Of a DNA stretch of 64,000 bases, positions 36,216-47,456 are shown piece by piece. The DNA lies in assembly GCA_038087875.1 (NCBI GenBank), contig CM075995.1, forward strand, positions 10,542,001-10,606,000. The letters are read 5' to 3'. The translations under genes were made by a program, and so were the position numbers. The notes beneath the pieces are model-generated. The model ran no database searches. It saw only the letters and a list, made by a program, of their open reading frames with translations, and was not told the origin of the DNA. This DNA comes from Malacoraja senta. Its lineage: Eukaryota. How positions within the stretch are numbered: position 1 is the stretch's first letter; each line of letters starts with the position of its first letter.

Positions 36216-37597
36216 AAAGAATATAGACACCACTCACCCGGGGGCAGCGTCGGAGGAAAGTTGTAAAACGCCAATCAATCCTTCCCATGTGAAAACCTCC
36301 ACCACCCATCCCACTCCCACAAGGAAAGTTCTGTAAATTAAACCGCTCCCCTTTACCCCCCACAATGAAAACCCCCACATGGGGGGTTGGGGCGACGTCG
36401 GCGCTGACCTCCCCCCACATCCCCCCACATCCCCCCACAAAGAAAGTTCTGGAAATGTAACCTCTCCCCTATTACCCCCCACAATGAAACAGGGAAGTCC
36501 CCCCATCCCACCCACCCCCCTCCCCACAAGGTAAATCACAAGTTTTTTGAGTAAATATAACCTCTCCCCTATTCCACCCCCAAAATGAAAATCTTCCTCC
36601 AAAGAAATCAAAATGAGATTCCATAGTGATGTACCCATTCCCCCAATGCAATCCGTTCCCCCCAATTCCACCACTCACTCATAGCCCCCAACTGCACAGG
36701 CACAACTCATACACTCCTTCCCCCTCATCTTCACCCTCGCTCTCCTCTCCCCTCTCCTGCTCCAATCCTCCACTCCCTTGGTCACCTCTCCCTCTACTTT
36801 TCCCTACCCTCAGTCACTCCATCCCTCACCTCTCCCCTTTCGCACTCCCCCACTAAACACAATGTTTAAATAACATTTCTTCTCCACCCCTCCCTACCTC
36901 TCCTCTCAACTATGCAACAGCTTATCCCAACACTTTTGATTGGCAGCTGAGATCCCATTGTGATGTCATTGACGGACATGGCAGCGTATGTAAATGAGAT
37001 GCCATTGTGATTGGAGGACTGTGAGATCCCATTGTGACGTCATAAGAACAAACTGCCAGAATCTCACATCAACTATCAGATCATCTGTCAAATTATTGTC
37101 CTCAAAATGGTTTATTTTTTATGTTTAAATTTTAATAAGGTGAAATATAACATCAAGCTAAACAAAACTACCATGGGACATAGGTGAGTGGTGGTGCAAA
37201 AATGTTCGCGCTACCGTGTACCATTTTGCCGTAGGTCCCAGATCACATACATATAGAAACAAACAAGATGCAAATTTTAGCAGTCTACTAGACCAACTAG
37301 TCTACAGGAGGCATGGTCCCCCAAAGTAATACACTACCACTCCCCCATAGACCACACGGGAGGCCTGGACCCCCAACGCAACCCGTTCCCCAAGGCAATA
37401 TTCCACCACTCACCTGTTTCCCCAATGCAACCCGTTCCCCCAACGTAATATTCCACCACTGCGCAGGGGTTGATTATTTCGCCTTATTCAAAATTCAGTG
37501 TACTGTGACTTTAAAACATTGCAAAAAAAAAAGCACCCTCCCTCCATGCTGCCAGGAATATGCTTGATACTTGCTGAAAACTTGCTGGAAGGAGTAA

Positions 37598-38143
37598 AGG
37601 CTCTGTCTCACGGTGTTGCGGTCATTGGCGGTAAAGCGCGGCGTCGCCGGAAGAGGGGACTGCACGTCAACCCCGAGAGCGCCGAGTACGGCCGGTCCCA
37701 CGAGCTTGCGGTGTTATAGAAAATAAAGCAAGCGGGGCTGTGGCGGCGGTAGTGCTGATCGCGGCGCCCGTGCCGCACACGTGCCTCACTGGCGGAGGCT
37801 GTGGCGGTGACCGTGCCACACACGTGCCTCACTGGCGGAGGCTGTGGCGGTGACCGTGCCGCACACGTGCCTCACTGGCGGAGGCTATGGCGGTGAGAGT
37901 TCCACTCACGGCGCTCGTGCCGCACTGGCGGCAGCTGTGGTGGTGACCGTGACGCACTCGTGCCTCACTGGCGGCGGCTGTGCGGTAAGAAATTATTTTT
38001 AAACAGTGCTGACTTTTTGTGGTCCCAACACCGCACGGCCTCGGCGGTGGGCGTTTGACCGAACCTGCGGTCTCTGGCGGTCCACGAGCGGTAGTTACTT
38101 CCTGTATCACCGCCAATGACCGCAGACTGGTGAGACAGGCCTT
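37598..38143. mobile_element. PIF/Harbinger-type MITE with an internal 43-bp tandem repeat
   Basis: TAA flanks (37595-37597, 38144-38146). Imperfect ~35-bp TIRs. 43-bp units 37770-37985. Confidence 0.78.
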
Positions 38144-38186
38144 TAAGTGTTCCTCGATTGCAGCTTTATTGCAATCTGGGAAAGGG

Positions 38187-38364
38187 ATAGAGAGAGAGAG
38201 ATAGAGATAGAGAGATATATATGAAGAGAGAGAGAAGTAGAGAGAAAGATAGAGAGAGATAGAGAGAGACAGAGAGAGACAGAGAGAGAGATAGATAGAC
38301 AGAGAGAGAGACAGAGACAGAGAGAGACGGAGACAGAGACGGAGAGGGAGAGGGAGGGAGAGAG
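38187..38364. repeat. Compound GA/GATA/GACA microsatellite
   Basis: Purine-rich simple repeats. Confidence 0.9.
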
Positions 38365-39108
38365 AAAATATGTGAGTTTTAGTAATATAATCGGCCATGT
38401 GGGACCCACTGGGCCCCGTCCCCCAACGCGGCACACGGGAGGGCTGGTCCCCGAACGCAGCATCAGTGCTCACCCCGGAGACAGGCGCCCCCGGAGCCAA
38501 TCACCCCCATCACCCGTTCCCCCAACGTAACCCGTTCGCCCAATGCAATATTCCACCACTCACCCATAGTCCCCAACTGCGCAGGCACGGCTCATACACT
38601 CCCTCCCCCTAGTGTTCACCCTCGCTCTTCTCTCCCCTAACCTCCTCCCCTCCTGCCTTCACCTCTCCCTCCCTCTCCTTTCCCCTACCCTCAGTCACTC
38701 ACTACCCTCAGCCTCAGTCACTCCCTGCCACCCTCCATAACCTCTCTCCTTCCCTACCCCCCTAACCCGTTGGGCCCCGTTTCCCCAACGCAATTTTCTC
38801 CCACTCACCCGTTTCCCCAACACAACCCGTTTCCACCACTCACCCGTTCCCCCAACCACTCACCCGTTCCCCCAACGTAATCAATCCTTCCCACGTGGGG
38901 GTGGGGGGGGGGGGTAGTCGGCGCTTCCTGGAGCCAATGCACGGACTCGACTTTTGGTTCGGTGCCGGCCTTGAGCCAATCAATCCTTCCCACGTTAGGG
39001 GGAGGGCAAAAATGTCACTCTATCCTTACCCGCCTTGAAACTGATAATCCCATTGTCTCTCTGTCACCTCTGTCACCTCTCTCTCCCTCTACTTTTCCAT
39101 AACCTCAG

Positions 39109-39603
39109 TTACAGAGAAGGTTCACCAGACTGATTTCTGGGATGTCAGGACTTTCATATGAAGAAAGACTGGATAGACTCGGCTTGTACTCGCTGGCATT
39201 TAGAAGATTGAGGGGGGATCTTAGAGAAACTTACAACATTCTTAAGGGGTTGGACAGGCTAGATGCAGGAAGATTGTTCCCGATGTTGGGGAAGTCCTGG
39301 ACAAGGGGTCACAGTTTAAGGATAAGGGGGAAATCTTTTAGGACCGAGATGAGAAAAACATTTTTCACACAGAGTGGTGAATCTCTTGTATTCTCTGCCA
39401 CAGAAAGTGGTTGAGGCCAGTTCATTGGCTATATTTAACAGGGACTTAGATGTGGCCCTTGTGGCTAAAGGGATCAGTGGGTATGGAGAAAAAGCAGGTA
39501 CAGGATACTGAGTTGGATGATCAGCCATAATCATATTGAATGGCGGTGCAGGCTCGATGGGCCGAATGGCCTACTCCTGCACCTATTTTCTATGTTTCTA
39601 TGT
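39109..39603 (+). mobile_element. HER1 3' fragment
   Basis: Near-identical to the reverse complement of 15660-16150. Confidence 0.93.
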
Positions 39604-39953
39604 AAAGTAAAGTAAAGTAACTTTATTTATATAGCACTTTCAATCAATACAATCACTGAAGCCAAAGTGCTTTACAGAGAAAATTATCCAAAATAAATGA
39701 AAAAAAGAGGTAGAAAAAAAAGACACGAAACACTATTAGAGATTCAACGCAAACATCCCCCCACAGCAGAGTCGACACTCTCCACTGTGAGGGAAAGGCA
39801 CCAAAATGTCCAGTCCTCCTCCTAGTCCACCCGAGGTCGGGGCCAGTTTGAGGCCTCCGCAGCCAGTCGCCGCAACGGCAGCCCGATGTTGTAGGCCCAC
39901 CTGCCGGGAAGCTGTAACACCGGCATCGGGTGGAAAGTCCTCAGCGGCTTGGT
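39602..39953 (-). mobile_element. GC-rich SINE-like retroelement with L2-type (TTTAC)n tail
   Basis: Minus-strand AAAGTGCTATATAAATAAAGTTAC(TTTAC)n. Shared hairpin 39754-39799. Confidence 0.75.
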
Positions 39954-40308
39954 GTTTCTATGTTTACTCCCTCCCTCACCTCTCCCCTTTTGCACTACCG
40001 GATTAAAGACCCTGCTTAAATAACATTTCTTCTCCCATCCCCCACTCCATCAACTCTCATAGCTTGTGTATTGGCAACAGAGATCACATTGTGATGTCAT
40101 TTTCGGTTGTCGGAATGTTCACGGCACCTTGTGTAAATGAGATCCCATTGTGATGGGATGACTGTGAGATGCCATTGTGACGTTATCATTAGAAGCTGCC
40201 AGACATGTCTCACTCTCACAGGCAGTTATTATTTTCAAAGTTGGCTTTTTTTAAACCTAAAATATCAATAACGTGAAATATAACAACAAATGTGAAGAAA
40301 CCTGATAC

Positions 40309-42487
40309 TGTAGCGGCACCTAGTGGTGGTTTGGGGCGATGCAAACCCTCGCTATTGGCTGGCGCCATCACGTGATCATGGGTGTGTTTTCTCGGGCTCC
40401 CGTGTAGCAGGCGATATTATATATTTGGCTGACCCAGCACGCGGTTTTCGTATACTTCTCTTTGTTTGTCGTTTACAAATAAAGATTTGTTATACTCAAC
40501 CTGCCTGTCTCGCGAAAGTGGTGCCCCGCCGGTCCGATTGTGATTTCGGATCCCGACAACGAATGCCACTGAAAACCTCGACGCCCAGCCCGCCCAGCAA
40601 AATGCGGTTGCCCTAAAACTTCCCTTTTCTGGGCTGTTCAGCCTCAAGTTTGTTTCACCCACATTGAGGCCCAATATCGTCGCGGATGCTGCTCGCTACT
40701 TTTACGTGGTTGGGGCGCTCAGTCAAGAGACTGCCGCCCCGATTGTTGCCATATCTGCAAAATCCGCCTGCGTCGGGTAAATACGAGGGCCTCAATGTCC
40801 TGCTGCTCTGCACTTTTGGGCTCTGTCGTCGCAATCGCCGTGATCGCCTTCTGCATAATGATGGCCTCAGCGATCGTAAGCCGTCCACGCTGATGAGCGA
40901 GATGCCACCAGCCATGCCTGCTTTTCAAACAGGCTTTTCTGGAGCAGATGCCCGACGACATTCGCCTGCTCCTCGGTTGATCAGATTTTACCGACCCCCT
41001 GTAACTCGCTGAACGGGCCGACAAGCTGTGTCTCGCCAAGCAGCAGGACAGTGGATCCATCAACCGGGTGTCCGCGCCCTCGCACCAGCAGCCTCGCATG
41101 GACGTACAGCCCTCCGCTGCCATCGCCGCACCGCAGCAGCCCGCCGGAGACCGTGGTAAGCACCAGTGGTGCAACTACCACCAACGCTGGGGTGCAGAGG
41201 CCCGTCATTGCCGCGCCCCCTGCTCGTTTCTGGGAAATGCCTCGGCCAATCGCCAGCAGAGTCAGTCAGAATCATTGCCTCTACGTCGGGATCGCCGTTC
41301 CAGGCTTCGCTTCCTCGTTGAGCATCCTTCCTCCATTGGGACTCGATAACCATGCTGGTAAGCGTGGCCCCGTACTGACCGCCATCAACATTAGCCCCAT
41401 TCGCACTTAAAGCACTCGGACTCGAGTACTCCCACCCGTACTCTTGGACTTTCACCGTCGCAGACTTTTCCCAGCCGTTACTGGCCGCCGATTTCCTGCG
41501 GGCCTTCTCGTTAATGCTGGACGTGCGGGGCCGGCGCCTCGTGCCTCCGGAGGCCCCTAGGCCCGTGGATCCTTCCAGCCTGCAGCTGGGATCGGTTGCA
41601 GACGGGGAGGGGCCATATATCTCCTTGCTCCACGAATTCCCAGAGCTTCTGACACCCCATTTTCACGCAGCCGCTCTTAAGCACGTGGTGGTACATCACA
41701 TCCCTACCACCGGTCCCCCACTGCATGCATGGGTGCGCAGGCTCCCGCCGGACAAGCTGTTCCTTTGGATCGATCAGCGACGAGGAGAAGAGGGACGTGC
41801 TGCATGGGCAGCAGCCTGTCCTCCATATGATATCGCCCAGGCTTGCATTCGACCAGGATGCATCACCCATGGTCAGTCATGACCAAGAGGGGCCTACTTA
41901 CCTGCGACCCCCGGAGCGAAGCTACATCGCTTTCGACCGGGAGCTCCTGGCCCGTTATTTGGCTGTCTGCCATTTCTGTTATTTCCTCGAGGGCATACCT
42001 TTCACGGCCTTCACGGACCACAAGCCCCTTACGTTCGCCTTTACCAAGGTGTCCGACCCCTGGACAGTTCGGCAACAACAGCACATGGCGTTCGTGTCGG
42101 AGTTCAACACCGACGTTCAGCACGTGGCAGGCAAGCTGAACCTAGTTGCAGATGCTTTGCTCCGCCCTGCGGTGTCAGCCGTAGCATCTATGGACTATTC
42201 CATTAGTGTGGATTATTCGGGGCTGGCCGCCGCGCAATGCGAGGATGGCGAAATGGACGTTTACCGAATGGCTGTGTTGGGGTTGACCTTGGCCTGATAT
42301 CCCGTTCGGTCCAGCAGGTGTGTCGGTCCTCTGCAACGTGTTCACCGGGAGACCACGCCCTATCGTCCCCGTGGTTTGGCGGCGGCGTGTGTATTTGACG
42401 CCATCCATGGTCTGGCCCATCCTTCCATCCGGGCGATTTCTCTGTTGGTGGCGGACAGGTTTGTCTGGCTGGGCCTCCATAAACAGG
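40309..42487 (+). mobile_element. Deleted Gypsy LTR retrotransposon (5' LTR, gag, PR, RNase H)
   Basis: TGTAGCGG LTR start with TATA and AATAAA. PBS-like TGGTGCCCCG ~40519. NAVALKLPFF gag start. FDRELLA..FTDHKPL RNase H. Confidence 0.82.
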
Positions 42488-43518
42488 TTCCAATATTGGT
42501 GGCCAGTGTGGGGGGGGTCATTCTGGAGTGCTAATATGGGTGTTGTGGGCTGAAGGGACTGGTTTCCAGATGTCTAGTATGGACATTGTGGGACGAATGG
42601 ATTCTTGGGCTGACAGCTCAGTCACTCAGGCCCGGTGGGCTGGCAGCTCAGTCACTCGGGGCTGGTGGGCTGGCAGCTCAGACACTCAGGGCTCGTGGGC
42701 TGGCAGTTCAGTCACTCGGGGCTGGTGGCTATTCCTTGAAATTCCATTTCAAGCAGAGTGCAAGCCGCCAAATTCAGTTTCATAGCATTTCAAGCAGCGT
42801 GCAGGTCACCAAACTCAGTTTCATAACATTTCAGGCAGAGTTCAGGCCACCAAATTCAGTTGCATAGCATTTCAGGCAGAGTGTAGGCCACCAAATTCAG
42901 TTTCATAGCATTTCAGGCAGAGTATAAGCCACCAAGTTCAGTTTCAAGGCATTTCAAGCAGCGTGCAGGCCAACAAATTCAGTTTTATAGCATTTCAAGC
43001 ATAGTGCAGGCCACCAAATTCAGTTTCATAGCATTTCAAGCAGAGTGCAGGCCCCAAAATTCAATTTCATAGCATTTCAAGCAGAGTGCAGGCCACCAAA
43101 TTGCCAAACAACTCATTACATTGTCATTAAAGGCTAACAAATCATTTATTGCAAGTACATTTGCAGACTCACAGTTCAGTTGATTTACAGCTTAGAATCA
43201 CCATCGTGGACTCTCCCTCATGATCTTCCAGTGTGACTGACCCAGGTCCAGGCATCCGGGGTTTTATAGTCCTTCCCACCCCCCCCCCCCCCCACCCCCA
43301 CCGGAAGGGGCCATACCTTCATTGTGGTGATTGACAGTCGAGAGGACCAATCAGCTGATCTCAAGATATTTTAAACACTCCTAGCTTTTCTATTTTTCAT
43401 CCTTGGGGCTGCCTTACTCGAGGACTGTGAGTAAGATGGCCAAAAATCAGCGTTATATGGTACCATTTTTTCAAAAATCAATATAGAGCACAGACAGGAA
43501 GTGATCAAGATGAGCCTT
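42488..43518 (-). mobile_element. Non-autonomous Helitron-like element with 30-bp (x4) and 41-bp (~x9) arrays; terminus displaced to 46810-46824
   Basis: Arrays at 42606-42725 and 42745-43100. Sub-terminal AAGTGATCAAGAT matches 916-928. Confidence 0.7.
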
Positions 43519-46500
43519 AGAAACATAGAAAAATAGGTGCAGGAGGAGGCCATTTGGCCCTTCGAGCCAGCACCGCCATTCATTGTGATCATGGCTGATC
43601 CTCCCCAATCAATAACACATGCCTGCCTTCTCCCCATATCCCTTGATTCCACGAGCGCATTGAGCTCTATCTAACTATCTTAAATCCATCCAGTGATTTG
43701 GCCTCCACTGCCCTCTGTGGCAGGGAATTCCACAAATTCACAACTCTCTGCGTGAAAACGTTTTTTCTCAACTCAGTCTTAAATGGCCTCCACTTTATTC
43801 TAAGAATGTGGCCCCTGGTTCTGGACTCGCCCAATATTGGGGAATTTTTTTACTGCATCTAGCTTGTCCAGTCCTTTTATAATTTTATATGTTTCTATAA
43901 GATCCCGCCTCATCCTTCTAAACTCCAATGAATACAAGCCCAGTCTTTTCAATCTTTCCTCATATGACAGTCCCGCCATCCCAGGGATCAATGTCGTGAA
44001 CCAACGAGGATCAATCACAAGGATGTCCTTCCTCATATTAGGAGACCAAAACTGTATGCAATACTCCAGATGTGGTCTTACCAGAGCCCTATACAACTGC
44101 AGAAGAACCTCTCTACTCCTATACTGAAATCCTTTTGTTATGAAGGTCAACATTCCATTAGCTTTCTTCACTGCCTGCACGCCAACATTCAGTGATCCGT
44201 GTACAAGGACACCCAGGTCTCGCTGTACCTCCCCCTTACCTAACCTAACCCCATTGAGATAATAATCTGCCCCCTAGTTTTTGCCACCAAAGTGGATAAC
44301 CTCACATTTATCTATATTATACGGCATTTGCCACGCATCAGCCCACTCACTCAACTTGTCCAGGTCACCCTGCAACCTCCTAGCATCCTCTTCACAGTTC
44401 ACACTGCCACCCAGCTTTGTGTCATCCGCAAACTTGCTAGTGTTGCTCCTGATTCCCTCTTCCAAATCATTAATATATATGGTAAAAAGTTGCGGCCCCT
44501 ACACCGAGCCTTGCAGCACTCGCCACTCTCTGCCATTCTGAAAAGGACCCGTTCACTCCTACTCTTTGCTTTCTGTCTGCCAGCCAATTTTCTATCCATG
44601 TCAACACCCTACCCCCAATACCATGTGCTCTAATTTTAGTCACCAGTCTCCCGTGTGGGACCTTATCAAAGGCTTTCTGAAAGTCTAGATAGACTACATC
44701 CACTGGCTCCCCTTCATCCATTTTAATTGTCACATCCTCAAAAAATTACAGAAGAATAGTCAAGCATGATTTTCCTTTCATAAATCCATGCTGACTTACA
44801 CTAATCATTTTACTGCTATCCAAATGCTCCATTACTACCTCATTAATAATTGACCCTAGCATCTTTCCCACCACCGAAGTCAGGCTAACTGGTCTGTAAT
44901 TCCCCATTTTCTCTCTCGCTCCTTTCTTCAAAAGTTGGATAACATTAGCTATCCTCCAATCCACAAGAACTAATCCTGAATCTATTGAATATTGGAAAAT
45001 GATCACCAATGCGTCCACTATTTTTAGAGCCACCTCCCTGAGGACCCTGGGATGCAGACCATCAAGCCCAGGGGTTTATCATCCTTCAGTCCCATTAGCT
45101 ATTTCTTGCCTTAGATCCTCTTAGATCCTCTGTCTCCAGTACTTCTGGGAGATTGTTTATGTCTTCCTTAATGAAGACAGATCTGAAGCAACTGTTCAAC
45201 TCTTCTGCCATTTCCTTGTTCCCCATAATAATTTCACCCTTGTCTGCCTTCAAGGGACCCACATTTGACTTTGCTATTCTTTTTCCCTTAACATATCTAA
45301 AGAAGCTTTTACTGTCCTTCTTTACATTCCTGGCCAGCTTCCCCTCGTACTTCATCTTTTCAGCCCGTATTGCCCGTGTTGTTTCCTTCTGTTCCCAATC
45401 CTCTGGCTTTCGTCTACTCTTTGCTGTGTTATACATTTTTCTTTTAGTTTAATTCTATCCCTAACTTCTCTTGTCAGCCATGGTTGCCTCCTACTCCCCT
45501 AAGAATCTTTCTTTCTTTTTGGAATGAAATGATCCTGCGTCTTCTGGATTATGCCCAGAAATTTCTGCCATTGCTGTTCCACGGTCATTCCTGCTAGGAT
45601 CCCTTTCCTGTCTATCTTGGCCAGCTCCTCTCTCATGCCTTCATAGTCCCCTTTGTTCAACTACATCACTGACACATCCGATTTAACCTTCTCCTTCTCA
45701 AATTGCAGGTTAAAACTAATCATATTATGATCACTACCTCCAAGTGATTCCTTTACCTCCAGTTCTCTTATCAAATCTGGTTCATTGGACAACACTAAAT
45801 CCAGAATTACCTTTTTTTCTGGTCAGCTCCATTACAAGCTGCTCTAAGAATCCATCTTGGAGGCACTCTACAAACTCTCTTTCTTGGGGTCCTGAACCAA
45901 CCTGATTTTCACAGTCTACCTGCATATTGAAATCCCCCATCACCAAAGTGACATTACCTTTGTTACATGCCAGTTTTAACTCAAATCAAGTCAAGTCAAG
46001 TTTATTCTTCACAAACACATACAAGATGTGCAGTGAAATGAAAAGTGGCAATGCTCGCGGATTGTGCAAAAAACAAAAACAAAAACTACAAAACAGAATG
46101 GAACAGAATCACATATTCGCATATTACATATTTGTGGGAGGAAAAAAGAAAAAATCAGTAATTTTTAAAAAGACACCGCACAACAGTATAATGGTACAGT
46201 AAAGCCCACCTGCCTGTCCTTTCTATTGGATGTATAACTCCTGCTGCAACTTACACCCTACATCCGGGCTACTATTCCTTTGCAATTCCTCAACTCAATC
46301 CACAGTGACTCTACCTCATCAGTCCGTATGGCTTCCCTCGCAAGGGACTGAATTCCATTCCTCACCAGAAGAGCTACCCCCCCCTCCTCTGCCCACCTGC
46401 CTGTCCTTTCTATTGGATGTATAACCCTGAACATTCATTTCCCAGGCCCGATCCTCCTGCAGCCACGTCTCGGTAATCCCCACAATGTCATATCTACCAA

Positions 46501-46809
46501 CCTCTAACTGAAGCCTCAAGCTCATCTACTTTACTTCTTATATTTCGCGCATTCAAATACAATACTTTTAATTCCTTACGCATCTCACCATTCACATCGA
46601 TCCCTATTACACTTGGCCAAATTCTCCTATCCCTTTGTGAGCTTTCTTTCCCGTTAATTCTGGGGTTATTAACTATCCCTTTACTCCCTTTCCCTTGAAC
46701 TCCGTCCTTGACTATCCCATTTGACTCCCCCCCCCCCCCCCCCTTATTTAGTTTAAATCCACCTGTGTCACAGTGGCAAACCTGCCTGCCAGAATGCCGG
46801 TCCCCCACC
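43519..46809 (-). mobile_element. Decayed HER1/CR1 LINE with near-complete ORF2
   Basis: YLNARNIR, ITETWL, QHGF, FADDTK, HLEYC and HER1 tail. Confidence 0.93.
45983..46234 (-). mobile_element. Short LINE 3' tail ((CTTGA)n, Rex/Babar-like) with templated 5' filler
   Basis: TAACTC at both junctions. 46204-46238 copies 46391-46425. Confidence 0.7.
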
Positions 46810-47321
46810 TTTTAGTTATATAGATGGTCGTACCAGATACAGCGGATCAAGGGAAGTAACAAACAACAACCTGCCATCACGCTGAACAGACTGACCGATA
46901 AACCAAGAATGACGGTCTTCATCAAACACCTATGACGAGTTTGGTTTTTGCTGTGTAAATTCGTGGAAAATTACAGCATTGGGTGGAAAAGTGTTGGGTT
47001 CTGTTGCAGCTGTGATAATGAATTAGTCATTCATTTTGGTGATGATGTGCGAGTTAATTGTTCGAGTCATTTAACCTGATCATTGGTGATAATGAGATCA
47101 TGCGCGTACTTGTCAATTGTCTTAAGGAACCTGACCTTTGCCTTTACACCATGTCATGATATGATATGATTGATTGAAGGACCAAGAAAGCGTGCCAAAT
47201 TGCTTCTGCTTGCCACTGCTTGTATATTTGTACTATGCCTATTGCAAATTACTTGCTCTAGGGAACACTTGGAACCTCAAGAGAGCAGAGTAAGTCCCCC
47301 GGAGTGACAAATAAACTTGTT

Positions 47322-47456
47322 GATTTAGCAGTGATTGCAAATAGGTTTATGAAGTGAAGGAGTTAAACTGGATTATTTACTGAGGAAATATCGAGGGGAA
47401 AATAATCCAGTTTAACTCCTTCACTTCATAAACCTATTTGCAATCACTGCTAAATC
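47322..47456. repeat. Perfect 57-bp inverted repeat with a 21-nt spacer
   Basis: 47322-47378 is the exact reverse complement of 47400-47456. Confidence 0.97.

Larger units (their letters stand above)
35902..40308 (-). mobile_element. Cluster of tandem non-autonomous Helitron-like units
   Basis: CTAG 37288-37291. TTTTAGTAATATA 38377-38389 followed by hairpin GGGACCCACTGGGCCCC 38401-38417. GAGATCCCATTGTGATGTCA module at ~36030, ~36950 and ~40080. Confidence 0.6.

Noticed and set aside
47038..47085. C/D box snoRNA or SECIS (GTGATGA..CTGA)
   Set aside because: Only about 40 nt, with no guide region, apical AA or host gene
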